From Batkoa obscura (lineage: Eukaryota): a stretch of 64,000 bases of DNA. Location: contig JASVEC010000010.1 in the NCBI GenBank assembly GCA_030770535.1, positions 310,001-374,000 on the forward strand, written 5' to 3'. Both the position numbers and the translations under genes were made by a program. Every line of letters begins with the position of its first letter. Position 1 is the first letter of the stretch. The notes under the pieces were generated by a model. That model was not told the DNA's origin. It did no database searches and saw only the letters and a program-made list of their open reading frames with translations. This document shows, in pieces, positions 1 to 12,917 of the stretch.

Positions 1-327
1 TTTTTTATTTAAATTTGCTATAAAAAGTTTTATTTTTTCAAGTTTGTATTTAAAAGTTATGTGTTATTATATTTAATAACATTTCTTTATATACAACACT
101 TTAATATAAAGTATAGAAAAAACTTTTATTATAAGATCTGTTTTTTAAGTATTATTATGTTTAGTTTTAATAAATTTAGTATTACTTTTTTATTATTTAC
201 TATTATAAAAGTTAGTATTCAATGATTAAAGTTAAAAAGCAGCTTTGCTCAATTAACCAGCTATAATTTGAAAAGTCTTAGTTTATGTAACTAAGGTAAA
301 CTTAAATAAAAATAGTATGTAGTATAT

Positions 328-429
328 GGGAGTGTATTTTTGTGTTTAAGAATTTTGCTAATAATTTTTCCGCTCAAATAGCACTTAAAAAAATGGAAAA
401 AAAGTGATGAAGCCAAAAAAAGTATCCCC
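328..429 (+). mobile_element. MITE family A copy
   Basis: TIRs GGGAGTG/TATCCCC, ATAT flanks, core AAGAATTTT...CAAATAGC.CTTAAAA..GGAAAAAGT.ATGAA. Confidence 0.85.
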
Positions 430-473
430 ATATAATAAACTATGTGCTATATAGAACAAATAAAATAAAAGAT

Positions 474-572
474 GAGATGTGTTTTTTTTGTTTAAGAATT
501 TTACTGATAATTTCTCCGCTCAAATAGTGCTTAAAAGATGGAAAAAGTAATAAAACCAAAAAAATCATCCTC
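474..572 (+). mobile_element. MITE family A copy
   Basis: Family core and degenerate TIRs. Confidence 0.8.
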
Positions 573-741
573 GGATATTATTATAAAAAATATACAATAC
601 TATAGAACTCAGTAGCTTTATTAAAGTTAAAATACCAGTAAATAATTTAGTTGAAAAGCTTTAAGTTACTATATCAAAAACTATATTTTATATTTCAATT
701 GGGTAGCTACATATGGAACATAATAATAGTTATAGTTTACT

Positions 742-822
742 ATTATAGTTGCTAAATATAGATATTAAAATAAGGAGATAATATTCTTTTCAATTAGATA
801 ATAAAAATTCTCACAGCAAATC
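742..822 (+). repeat. Dispersed repeat family B copy
   Basis: TTGCTAAATATAGATATTAAAATAAGG..ATAATATT...TCACAGCAAAT shared with ~53006-53085. Confidence 0.65.
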
Positions 823-911
823 AAAACAAAAAGCTGAACGCTATTTTTTCTAAAGCTTTATAATAAATCGTTAAATATTTAAAAAATTATATTGCTACTG
901 AAGAAATATAT

Positions 912-1014
912 GAGGATTTTTTTTAGCTTCATTACTTTCTCCATTTTTTAAGCACTATTTGAGTGGAAAGATTATTATTATTAGTAAAGTTCTTAAATGA
1001 AAAAACACATCCCT
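912..1014 (-). mobile_element. MITE family A copy
   Basis: Reverse-complement core, ATAT flanks. Confidence 0.8.
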
Positions 1015-1297
1015 ATATTTTATAATAATTATAGGCTTTATTATTTTTAAGATAACTATATTTTATAACTTTGGTATTATCTATAAATCTAGTAAAAATT
1101 GTCGAAATACATTTAATTATTATTATTATTAATTTTTATAATTTATTAAGCAATAAAAAAGCAACTATATTAGTATTTTAAGTTGATTGAATAGTTTAAA
1201 AATTATATATAAAGTAAGATCTTTTATAGATATATTAATAGTAACTATCTTTTTTATATTAAGTTTTAAAAAGCTTAAAATTCTTATGATATTATAA

Positions 1298-1391
1298 GAG
1301 GATGTAGTTTTTTGTTTAATTTTACTAACAATCTTTCCACTCAAATAGCGCCTAAAAAATGGAAAAGTAATGGAATCAAAAAAACATCCTC
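1298..1391 (+). mobile_element. MITE family A copy
   Basis: GAGGATG...CATCCTC termini plus core. Confidence 0.8.
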
Positions 1392-1748
1392 ATATTAAAA
1401 ATCGATAATACCTGAATTATAGAATTTTGTGTAAATACTTTTTAAGCACTTTTAAAAATTAAATAATATGCTTGATAAAGAAATTTTAGTTTGATTTTTG
1501 TATACTAAAATAATTATGTTTAAATTATATTTTTTATGTTTTTATAATTGGGCAAAATATTAAAATCAAAAATAACTTTATTAATAGGTGATATAATAAT
1601 ATAATTTATAATAAAATTATTTTAAGTAGTTTCACTATATGATTTTTAGTAAATGTTTAAATACTTTTATAATTTTTTATGTAATTTGTAACTACTACAA
1701 ATTATTTCAACATTTTATATAATCTATTTATTATTATATATAGGATAT

Positions 1749-1845
1749 GGGGATATTTTTTGGTTTCATCACTTTTTCCATTTTTTAAGTACTATTTAAG
1801 TGGAAAGATTATTAGTATAATTCTTAAACACAAAAATACATCCCC
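1749..1845 (-). mobile_element. MITE family A copy
   Basis: ATAT|GGGGATA...CATCCCC|ATAT. Confidence 0.85.
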
Positions 1846-1937
1846 ATATTTTTTTTGGCTTTAATATTTATTTTATTTTTTAAAATATTTTCTGCTTAAT
1901 AATGCTTAACAAATTTTTAAAAAAGACATCTTTATGT

Positions 1938-2035
1938 GGGGATGTATTTTTGTGATTAATAATTTTATTAATGATTTTTCCACCCAAATAGCACTTAAAA
2001 GATGGAAAGGTGATGAAACCAAAGAAAACATCCTC
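1938..2035 (+). mobile_element. MITE family A copy
   Basis: GGGGATG...CATCCTC plus core. Confidence 0.85.
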
Positions 2036-2655
2036 ATATTATTTTTTTGTATAATAAATCTATTTTAAATATATGAATTAGAGTTATTTAATTTAGTAAA
2101 TTGCTAATTAAAGGATGTTTACTATTTTTTATTAATAATATTTTTTTAGTTATATTTCAAAAATAATTAATATAAAACTTCACATATGTTTTATTTATAA
2201 CATAGTAAAATTATAAAAAAAAGGCCCCTTCCATTTTTTTCTAAATCTGTTTATTTTCTGAGCTTTTTAATAAAATAGTTTGCATATTTTAATGAGCTTA
2301 TTAACAGACTAAATAGTATCAGTTGAGTTTTTTAAAATACAAAAAGCTGTAAATTGAGCTATTTATTAGTATTTGGTTATAATTGTAATTCAACCTAATA
2401 GAGATAGCTTAAAATTTAAAGTTCATAAGAATGTTTTTGCTTTTAGAATTAAGTCAATAAATTGGCCAATTTCTTTGTTGCATAAAAACGGACAAATAAC
2501 TGAAACCGAAGAAGATATCATATTATATTATATATAAAATGTTCTGTTTTATACAATCTATTATAAAAAGAAAAAAATCACAAAAGCCATTTTTTGAGAA
2601 GTATAATTAATTTCTTGGCTTTTTTTACAAGTTGACCAATTTTTATCTAAATAAA

Positions 2656-2745
2656 GGGGGATATATTTTTTTAAGAATTTTACTATAATCTTTCCACTTA
2701 AGTAGTGCTTAAAAATGGAAAAAGTGATGAAATCAAAAAAATCCC
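2656..2745 (+). mobile_element. MITE family A copy
   Basis: Core with small deletions. Confidence 0.75.
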
Positions 2746-3254
2746 AAACATTGACTATTTCCTAAGTTCAATTAAATTTTTAATAAAAACTAAATACATT
2801 AAGTGTTTTGTTTACAATAACAAAGACTTCTAGTACTTAAGCGACTAATTTAAGGGACATAGATTCACCAATAGATGGTTTCTGGAAGGGAAGGAATAGT
2901 GTTCAATGATCTTCTTCCCTTGGAAGAGTTAGCTTTAACTTAAAATTGAAAGATTTATCTTTATGCTAGCATTTCTACCATTGATATTATTGGCTTGGTT
3001 AAAAAGCTAAAATAAACTTGTATTGTAAAAAGCATAAAAATCATCAAAATTATTAAAATCACAAGAATTAACTTTTAGAAAGTAAGAAATATAAACTAAA
3101 ATAATAAAGGGTAAACTAAGAGTATATTTGTTAGAACATATTAAAAGCAGCGAAATAAAATTCTATAAGCTAGAAAAAAGTTGTAAGCTTTATTTTATTA
3201 ATTTTATTGTTTTTTATCTCAAAAACTTTTAAATAGTGACAATTTTTATAAGTT

Positions 3255-4940
3255 ATGTTTGCATGTGCTGAGTGTACGAAAGGAAAAAGGAAATGCAGTA
3301 AAGAAAGTCCTAAATGTGAACGATGTAGGAGATTGAACAAGCCATGTAAGTACCCAAATGTGGATCCAAAATATAGGGGTTTAGAAGATAAGATAAAAAA
3401 AATTGAAGGGGAATTTCAATTAGTAAAAAACATCATATCTGGAAGTAAATTAATTAAAAATCAAAAGAAACAAGTTAATATTTATAAACTAGGTCATTTG
3501 GATTTATACACCGAATTGATTCAAGTACATATGAAGTATTTTAGTAATTTTCTTCCATTTATATCTGAAACAAGGATATTATCAATACTTCCAAAAAAAT
3601 ATCATACTTCCCCCTTAATTAACGCTATCTGTATCCAACCCTATCAAAACTTGTTATATAAAAAATACCCAGATAAAAAGGCCTTTTTACTTAAAGACAA
3701 CCCATTTTACCAGAGAACGGAAGAGTTAACACCAGATCAATTAGAAGCTTTTTCAATAGAAATTATTCAAACATTATTATTGTTGGCCTTTTTAGAATGT
3801 GGCGAAGGGGAATTTGCTATAGCTACCATTCATTTAAGTAATTGTTTTTTGGTATTAAACTTAAGTACTGACTTTTATTATAGCGCAAGCAATAAAGTGA
3901 GATTTGATTTCTAATCTAATATTAATTGATATAATAATAATAATAATAGGAAAGCACAAGTTCTAGAATTAAATAAAGCATGTTCTAAAAGGCTGGATCA
4001 AGACTCAGATTTGCAAACCGAATATATAGCTACTTGGTCTATGTGCGTATTTGTAGATACAGTAGTATCCAATTTCTATGCTAAACCATCAATAGTACAC
4101 TTACCAAAAGATTTTGAAAACTTACATGAATCAATTAGAGAAGGAAAATTTATTAATCCCCATTTTGAATTCGATAATATAGATACTTCAACTATTCAAT
4201 TTAAGGTAACCTAAATTACCATTTCTAAATTATTTGTTTAATTTTGTTAGGAAGGTAGTGAATATATCAATTTAATTACACAAAGGCTTGATCTAAAATT
4301 TAACAACAAGCAGTCCGAACTGTTATTACAATCAGTATTTTTTGAAACAGCAGCGCAATTGGTTTTTTATTGTTTCTGGCTCAAAAAATGCTATGAAGAG
4401 GGTAAGGTGAATCTTACAATGTTTTTAGGTCAAATAGAAAAATGTCTTAGTTTATTAACTATGTTAATACCTTTACCTTTAAGAGATAACTTTCTCTTGA
4501 ATATCAGAAGTTGTAGTGAAAATGAAAGATATTTTTATTATCATTTTTATATATTTATCACCCTATTAAGAATCTTTGTAAGGCGATCATTTCGATTTAT
4601 TCTTCCTGATGATACAATTTTTGACATTCAAATATATAACGATATTGAAATGGTGTATAAAATACTAAATCAGCTAGGTAGTGATTTAATTGAAGTTGCA
4701 AGCTTCTTTTTAGGTTCTTTTTCAACACTTTCAGTGTTTTGGATGATTGACAAGCCTCACTTTAAATCTTATACTAATCTGACAATGGCCTATGATATAT
4801 CTTATAGATGTTTCAAATATTGGCCATATTTATTTAACATACTTAAAACTCGAATCCACAGTGGTAATGCTGTTGAAACTATCAAGCAAACCTTTCCCGA
4901 AATTGAAAAATACCCTTTAGCTTATGATTTTTTTAGTTAA
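3255..4940 (+). CDS. Zn(II)2Cys6 fungal transcription factor with middle homology region (4 exons)
   Basis: N-terminal CAECTKGKRKCSKESPKCERCRRLNKPC binuclear cluster. Exons ~3255-3837, 3884-3896, 3950-4205 and 4251-4940, joined by GT-AG introns, link the three ORFs. Confidence 0.9.
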
Positions 4941-4999
4941 GAGCTTAAGCTTTTATAAAAAGTTCGTTATATTATATCTTAAATTTAATTTTATTGTTT

Positions 5000-6979
5000 T
5001 TATTTAAGTAAATATGGATAAGCTACAAATAAATGATTTAAAGTAGTTAAACGTTGATTGCTTGATAAACTAAAAGTTTCTAAATCATTCAAAAATAATA
5101 AGAACTCTTCACAATCTTTTTTACCCTTGAAACATTGCCCTTTACCAACAAGCTGACGAATGTATTGGAGTTGACATAAAATAGTACCTTGGTTTAAATA
5201 CCTGTCCGATTCCTTTAATTGACTGTTGCTTTGTAAGTTTAATAATCTGAAAACAAAGTTGAAGTTCGATTTAAGCTGTTGTTTAATATTTTTAGTCAGA
5301 TTGCCACTTCTAGCTAAATACCAGTTTCTTATAAATCTTAATACAAAGTAAGTTAATAAAACAGGAGGTATAACAGCGATCAATCCAAAAGTAAATTCAT
5401 TTGATTTTAATAAAGAATCCAAAGCATTCAAAGCTAAATTAGCATCTACTTTCATTTTTTGAATTTGAATCAACAATGTCTGAATCAAATTTCCAAACAA
5501 CAGATTATTAATCGGGTATTGTAATTCTTTTTCATATTCTTTTAATACAACTGTTAAATCTCCTACTTTAATTTGTTCATTGAGTTTATTAAGTTCATTA
5601 CTGCTTATTAAGTTATTATTTATTACAAAGGAATTTACCATTCTTTCCAAAGACTATAATAATAACTATTAGTATAAATATATAAGTTTATTGGGTTAAG
5701 TTACCTTTATATCAGACTCTAACGAAGCTTCTGAAATAACAGCTAAATTATGATTTTTATATCGAATAGTATGATACATTGAAATCAATGGTTGAATGAT
5801 CCAATTATTACTAAAAGCAATAATAGTATCTTTAAATTCAATCAAATAATTGATTAAACTTTCTTTGTTTTCCCATATTAACTTGATTCCATTTTTAGCA
5901 ACAAAATAAGATACTAAAGATGGCAATAATAACTGAGATCCTAAACCAGGTGGTCCATAATCATCTATAATTGAATCCACTACATTTTTATGATTTTGCA
6001 ACAAATTGATTACTAATGCTAAATAATTATACACTTCTTTTATACTTGAAGGGGGGTTTACTATAATATTAATTAAGTTTAAATTTGAGCAAAAAAATAA
6101 CTATGATTTACCATTCTGCTCTAGTTGAATCAGAGCTTCAACATTAGGCAATTCACTTAAATCCAATTGTAAGAGTTGTAACATTTGGGACAGACCTTTT
6201 ATAGATTTAAAAATATAGCCTGTAATTTTATTTAAATCTGTATCGCACTCACTAAAGATATCTTGAAGTTCTCCAATAAGACCAAGAGAAGCTGCATTTA
6301 ATACTTGGTATCTCTTTATCCTATCTTTATTAAATTGAATCTCTTTTCTTAATTTTTTGTGGGGTTTTTTAATCAATTGATTGTATGGTGATTGAATAAT
6401 TTTATTAGCTGCATTATAATAATAACCCATATCTAATTCTTTGTTGTAAATTGCACTAAAGTGAGTATAAAACCCGCCAAATGCTCTTCTAGGTAAACTT
6501 TCAACTCCATATAATAAAATACCACTTGTACCACTATCCGGATATCTTTCCCATTTATTTAAAGTTTGATTTAACTTTATAGAGTCCTTTAATAACTTTT
6601 CTACAAATAAACACTCTACCGCCGCTACCATCTGGGCTAAAAAATACCATTCTAAAGCACCATTATCTGAGGCTTGAGTTACCTCTATCTCTTTATTCTC
6701 CCAAACATCAAAAAGTTTGACTTTAATACTATCTAAATTCGGTAACTTAATCCCAGTATTTTCAAGCTTGTGCTTCTTTATCCCTTCATTCACAGAGTTC
6801 TGTTGTATGATTGTCGGTATTGGACTTAATAAGTTAGCTTTTAGAAATAAGGTTGAATCATTGTTTGCTATATTTATTTCTTCCGCACTGCTTTTAGTAC
6901 TCAGGTCACTAAATTGAGGTAAGAATGATTGCTCAATTTTATCTATTAAGTTATTATATCTTTGCTGTGAGTAATTCAT
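5000..6979 (-). CDS. NCA2: NCA2 (nuclear control of ATPase) family mitochondrial protein (3 exons)
   Basis: LLIQIQKMKVDANLALNALDSLLKSNEFTFGLIAVIPP and NWIIQPL..YHTIR segments are typical of Nca2; three ORFs separated by short introns. Confidence 0.85.
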
Positions 6980-8298
6980 CTTGATTTAGGAAGCAAGAGT
7001 TGAATACTCTATAGAATTGAAAGATTGTCATCAGTTTCTATATAGCCAATCAATTAGTGTAAATAATTTTCTATGAATTAGATAGAATTCTATAGTGTTT
7101 TTACATAAGATTAAATAGTAGAAATGTATAGTTTAACAAAATATTTAATTAAATTTTGTAAATACAAATTTATATTCTATATACCAGAAACAATTATTAT
7201 ATAATAACCTAATTGGATTTATAATTATTTATTATTATTACTACAAATCAGGTTTACTACTTATAAGTAATTTCTAATACTTTTGAAAACTCATTCGCAT
7301 TCAGTTGACTTAAATATAAGTAAAATAAAACCTTTATTTCGGCTAAAAGCCCAATATGATTATTGAAACTTAGTACTAAAAGATTGAAGAAATGCAAGTA
7401 TATTGTCGGATAATCAGGACTTAATATAGTAATTTTAAAATTTGATTAAAAGATATTCAATAGTCATTATTTATCATTTTTGTTTTGCTTAAGAGATGAG
7501 GTAAAGAGATTAAATTTTTTTATATTTTCCTTATAGTAAAATTAATAATCTTTTTAAATATCTCAGTGACTTAAAAAGAATACAAAGGTGATATGAGATA
7601 TAAGGCTAACTCGATAATAAATGAATGCCACTTATTTTAAACAACATTATTATAAACCTTCATTTACAATAATCCCTGTATTTTAAATTTTCTTTTGATT
7701 TTCTTTATCAAGTATTAATAAAACCGTTTTCCCGATTATATCAGTATTATATAACATTATATGTGTATTTTGGTCATTTTAATTTTTTAATTTATTCTTC
7801 ATATCCAGATTATATATAAAAAAGTAGGCTACAAGCAAAGGTTTTAAGAATTTTGAATCAAAAATCCAGTTTGTACACAATTTGATACCTTGATTACAAA
7901 TCTTTACAAATAAAAATGGATTTAATCTTAGCTTATATGCCAAATAAAATGAATTATTACTAAACAAAATTAACTCCAAAAGTTGATTACTAAACTAAAG
8001 TTAATGAATTTATTAATAATATGCAATAATTTGGCTACTTATAATTTATATCCAAACCATCTTTAACTTATTTAAATTTCAGAATCTCTAATTATAAATT
8101 AAACTATTTTCATTTTATATAACTAAGTATAGCTTATAGACTCATTATTAATTTTATACCTTTATAAGTAATACGATATTAGAAATACCAATAATAAAAA
8201 TCATATTTAAGCAACCTTGATTGATCTTGTTAAACATTAAGTTAAATTCGAGTTCAGAATAATATAAAGGCCATATTATAACGTCTTATTTCAATCCT

Positions 8299-8712
8299 AT
8301 GACTACTCACGACTTAATTAAAATAAACGTAGACATGAGCATGAACATTACTCAAAACGAGTCTAATGTTCACTTATCAACCACGAAATCAGAATCCAAA
8401 GAAAAAACAAAGAAAAACCCATGTATACGAGGATGCAAAGAAAGATGTTTAAGAATATGCAAATTAGTTGACGAAAATGGGCAACAGATCAAATTGAGGC
8501 CACCAAAGAGGCTACAAGTGAATCGAATTAATAAAGCAACTAAGAGGAAAGAAGAAGAGGATACCTTGAATGAACTAAACTATATCATCAAGTTACAAAC
8601 TAAATTACGGAAACTTGACGAAGATCAAAAAAATTGTCAACTTGAAAATCAACGCTTAAAAGAAAAGGTGAAGTCTCTAAGCAAAATCTTAAGTTTTATT
8701 AATCAGCCTTGA
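8299..8712 (+). CDS. Small bZIP-like protein
   Basis: 137-aa ORF with a basic region (KRLQVNRINKATKRK) then heptad leucines (LQTKLRKLDEDQKNCQLENQRLKEKVKSL); TATAAA just upstream. Confidence 0.6.
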   Translation: MTTHDLIKINVDMSMNITQNESNVHLSTTKSESKEKTKKNPCIRGCKERCLRICKLVDENGQQIKLRPPKRLQVNRINKATKRKEEEDTLNELNYIIKLQTKLRKLDEDQKNCQLENQRLKEKVKSLSKILSFINQP

Positions 8713-9297
8713 ATTCCTCCCTCCCGACCACTCTTTTTCCTTAATCTTTTTTAACTACTAACTCTCCATTTAATATCTACCACCCCTTTTTGAAATAAAT
8801 TTTTGATACCGTTATATGTTGCATCATTTTGTCATGAGCTTTATCTATCAAACAGATATTTAATTGGCATATTAACTGAGAAATATTTTAATTTTTAAAT
8901 AATATCTCAAATTGTTAAGCAAAGAATGATTGGCCTTTAAAAGATTAAGTTATAAATTCTAATAGATAAAAGATTTAATAAGTTGAAAATTATATGATGA
9001 TTTAATTCCTACTATTTTATGATTTGATTCCTATTATTTTATAATTCAAGTATTTTCAACATAATTTTTTTATTCAAAATAAATTTTGATAGTAATTTTA
9101 TAAAATAACTAAAAATATCAATGGTCTTGAAATATGGATTTTTTTGACTTATCAAATGCCTTACACAATAGTAATGGTTGGAGGACCTTTGCTAAATAGC
9201 CTAGATTTACGTAGTTCTTTTTTGATTTCAAACCATTTGTTTATAAAAACCTAAGGCTACTCTTTACAAAAGTAAAAAGTTGTTGATATTTGAGTTA

Positions 9298-9456
9298 CAG
9301 CTGTTGTAACTCTAGACTTTTTAGTAGTGATTTTTATAAGCAATTATTTATATAACTGCCTTTTTTATTGCTTGATCCTTGTTTTTAGCTATATTTTAGT
9401 AGAAGCTTTTTTTCTAAATGAGTAGTTGACTAGATTGCGAAAGAGTTGCAACAGCT
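9298..9456. mobile_element. Candidate Tc1/mariner-type MITE
   Basis: TA|CAGCTGTTGTAACTCT ... AGAGTTGCAACAGCTA|TA. Confidence 0.5.
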
Positions 9457-9878
9457 ATATAGCCTTTAATTAAGACTTGAAAAGCATTAGTTCTAAGTGG
9501 TTTGTAAAAAGCCTGAAATAAAAATACTGTTTATTCAAGAGTTTTGGTCTAAATTTTTCATTTTTAGCTATTTAAAAGTGAACAAAAAGCCAAAATGAAG
9601 AAAGGCATCCTTTTTCGATATTGTAATCATGATATTAATGAAAGAGAGAAGTAAAAACAAAAGTAACGAATTAAATTATAATTGAAGAGCTAGGTTTATA
9701 TTAGCTGGTTTTTTGATTAAACTAAGGCACTATTGAAATAAGCTAGCAAGTAAAAATAAACAATTCTTTCACTTGAATAAATGATTACTTTTCGCAGTAA
9801 ATTTTGCTGCGATTGATTGGGCGATGTAATACAAAAATAAAAAAACAAAGATGCAACTTTAAACATTTTTAATACAAA

Positions 9879-11176
9879 ATGGGAATATTAGAAAAAATAT
9901 CAGATATTGAAAGGGAAATTGCGAGGACGCAAAAAAACAAAGGTATATAATTTTATTTTATTTTGAAAACAAATATACTCATAGTTCGTTTTTTTAATAT
10001 TAGCTACCGAGCACCATCTTGGTCTTCTAAAAGCTAAGTTAGCAAAATATAGAGTTCAGTTATTGGAACCAAAGGGTACGGCTGTTAAAGTAACCAAAAC
10101 TAATGCAAGTACAACCATAAAACTAACATATAAATAAAGGGTGAAGGTTTCGATGTAATGAAGAGTGGTGATGCTCGAGTTGTAATGATTGGTTTCCCTT
10201 CTGTAGGAAAATCGACTTTGTTAAGTAAAATCACAAAAACGGAATCTGAAACTGGGGCTTATGAGTTCACCACCCTGACTTGTATTCCTGGAAAAATTGA
10301 GTATATGGGAGCTTCTATCCAATTGTTGGATTTACCTGGTATCATTGAAGGTGCTTCTCAAGGTAAAGGTAGAGGTAGACAAGTCGTTGCTGTGGCTCGT
10401 ACAGCTGATTTGGTTTTAATGATGCTTGATGCTACTAAATCTGAAGTTCAAAAGTAATTTAGATAATCTATTTATTTTAGTGCCTAATTTATATTCCAAT
10501 AGGGAATTGCTAGAAAGGGAATTGGAAGCAGTAGGTTTAAGGTTAAACAAAAAGCCACCAAATGTATATTTTAAAGTCAAAAAAGGAGGGGGCATTTCAT
10601 TCAATTCTACCGTAAAATTGACACATTTAAATGAAAGATTGGCTTATCAAATATTACATGATTATAAAATATTCAATGCTGAACTATTAATAAGAGAGGA
10701 CTGTACCGTTGATGAACTAATTGATGTCATCCTTGGTAATCGTAAATATGTACGCTGTCTTTACGTTTATAATAAGATCGATGCTATCACAATGGAAGAG
10801 TTAGATCGTATTGCTCGTCAACCTAACACTGAAGTCATCTCTTGCTATCAAGACTTAAATTTAGATGGGCTTATTAAATCAATTTGGAAATATCTTGGGT
10901 TATTAATGATCTATACAAAAAGAAGAGGAGGTAATAATTTTTTTATCAGTTTAGAATTCCTTTATTTATTATATAGAACAACCTGAATTTGCGGAAGGTT
11001 TAATTGTAAGAACTCAATCTTCAATTGAGCATGTATGTCATGCTATTCATCGCTCTCTTTTAACCGATTTCAAGTATGCTTTAGTATGGGGTACATCAAC
11101 CAAGCATAACCCACAAAGGGTTGGCTTAACTCACATAGTAAATAATGAAGATGTAGTACAAATCGTTAAAAAATAA
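9879..11176 (+). CDS. RBG2: DRG2/Rbg2 Obg-family GTPase (5 exons)
   Basis: [33 protein letters not shown] start, GFPSVGKS P-loop, YEFTTLT, DLPG, NKID, and a TGS domain ending EDVVQIVKK*. Confidence 0.95.
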
Positions 11177-11285
11177 AAAGTATTAATTTAAGCCATTTTA
11201 TTTATTAAATTAAATTTAAAATTATTTATTATATAAAATATGGACTATATGTAATATTTACTCTACGATGCTAACCCTTCGATGC

Positions 11286-12917
11286 TTATGATTTTTTACA
11301 TTTTTCTAAATCGTAACTAGGTTTTTTATATCCCGCTAATTCCCATGTGGTCCAATTCTTATTATAATAGGCATTACGATGTTTATCAATATAATCCGTT
11401 GTGGGGTAATTTGGAGGATCACAAGTGATAGATATACGGTCTGGGTGTTGGTAAATTCTTACATAGTCAATCAAAAAGTGGCCAGGAAATTTAAGGTCAG
11501 AAGAAATTTTTGAAAAATCTTCTGATAAGGCCAAATTTAGAATTAGATACATTGGTTCTTCTGGTATCAATCTTTTATCGACCTTAGAATCCTTGTTGGC
11601 TGCAATGGCACTTGCTTTGATGGTCCATGTAGGTTTGTTATCAATAAGCCAGGTGATATAACCATCATCTCCAGGCTCATATTCGACTGAGAAAGTAATG
11701 AAATCAGTACCAGAATAAATATTTGATGGTAAGCTAGATAATGCAGAGACAGCTTGTTGTAAAGGTCCACCATTATATGTATTTAATGTGGTTTTAAAAT
11801 CCGGAAAGAATTGAGTTCCAGCTGGGTTAACAGTACGTCCTTTATCAAATGGAGCTAACTGAAATGACTGTGAGACTTCACCCCCTTTAGAGTGGGATGA
11901 TAAAGCTTCAATAATATCTATCTCTGGCGCTCCTCTACCCGTACCTGGAGAAGGATGATCTTCACCATCACATACACATTTATTTAACTTCTGTCCTATT
12001 AAGCCGGATATGGTTTTATCTCCTTGATCTGGTTTAACTCCTTGATCACAAGTATCATAAGAATAGGGCCATAATCCATCAGTAGTTGATTTATATCCAC
12101 TAATAATAATTTAGAATACACCAAACTTTAATATACTAAACTTACGCCCTTCCAAGGTTACCTAACATCCAAGCACCTGGCCAAAAACCAGAGGTATGTG
12201 GATCACCAGGTAAAGACACAGACACTATAATTGAATATTAGCTATTACCCATTTAATATAAATAAATTGTTACTCTCAATTCTTCCACCCTTAAAGCAAA
12301 GTTTGTTCCATGATTGTAACATAGCAGAAGAATATTTCAAGTCCCCAACTGGCTTATCTTCAGCTGTTATGACTAAATAACCTTGCTCAGTAGATGCGTA
12401 GTCAGGTTTATAGTATTCAGCATCCTGGGTACCTTCATACCAAAGATCAACTGCTTCCCTATTTAATTATATAAGTATATAATATAATAATACCAAGCTT
12501 TGTATATTACCAAACTGGGTCATCACCTGGATAAAATGTCCTTCCAGATTCATTAAATTCATCAGAGAACGCTAATTTCCATTCTTCATTAGTAGATGAA
12601 ATTATCGTTTTTTTATCATCTGGTGTGTCTGGATCAATCAGTACCAGCTTTTTCTTAACTGGTATCGGCCCTTTAGTAGCCTCAATCATAATGTCTTCCC
12701 TGGTCTTTGGTTTACCCTTTGATGGTGCATCCTTATTATCTGCTACCACTTTATTGATATGTTGGACTACAGGTATAACAATCATTAGAGATATTATACC
12801 AAGGAATATAAAAGCAAATATGAATCCAGTACAGAAACATTGCTTTGAAAACCGACTAAGTTTCTTACGAGGCTTCTTTCCGGCCTCGGCATGATCTTCT
12901 ACATTCATATACGACAT
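11286..12917 (-). CDS. KRE6: KRE6/SKN1 beta-1,6-glucan synthesis protein (GH16), multi-exon
   Basis: Type II TM segment, LIDPDTP, FSDEF..GRTFYPGDDP, GRGAPEIDIIEA and IPEEPMYLILNL; the last exon (~12100-11286) is open in one frame. Confidence 0.93.

Noticed and set aside
328..2745. Clustered repeats as a CRISPR array
   Set aside because: Units are ~100 bp, in both orientations, irregularly spaced and TIR-bounded, in a eukaryotic context with no cas genes.
2886..2922. Purine/pyrimidine hairpin upstream of the Zn2Cys6 gene
   Set aside because: Short low-complexity stem with no further support.
11286..12100. Apparent truncation or frameshift in KRE6 in the ORF track
   Set aside because: The last exon is open in one frame; it simply has no start codon until 11570.
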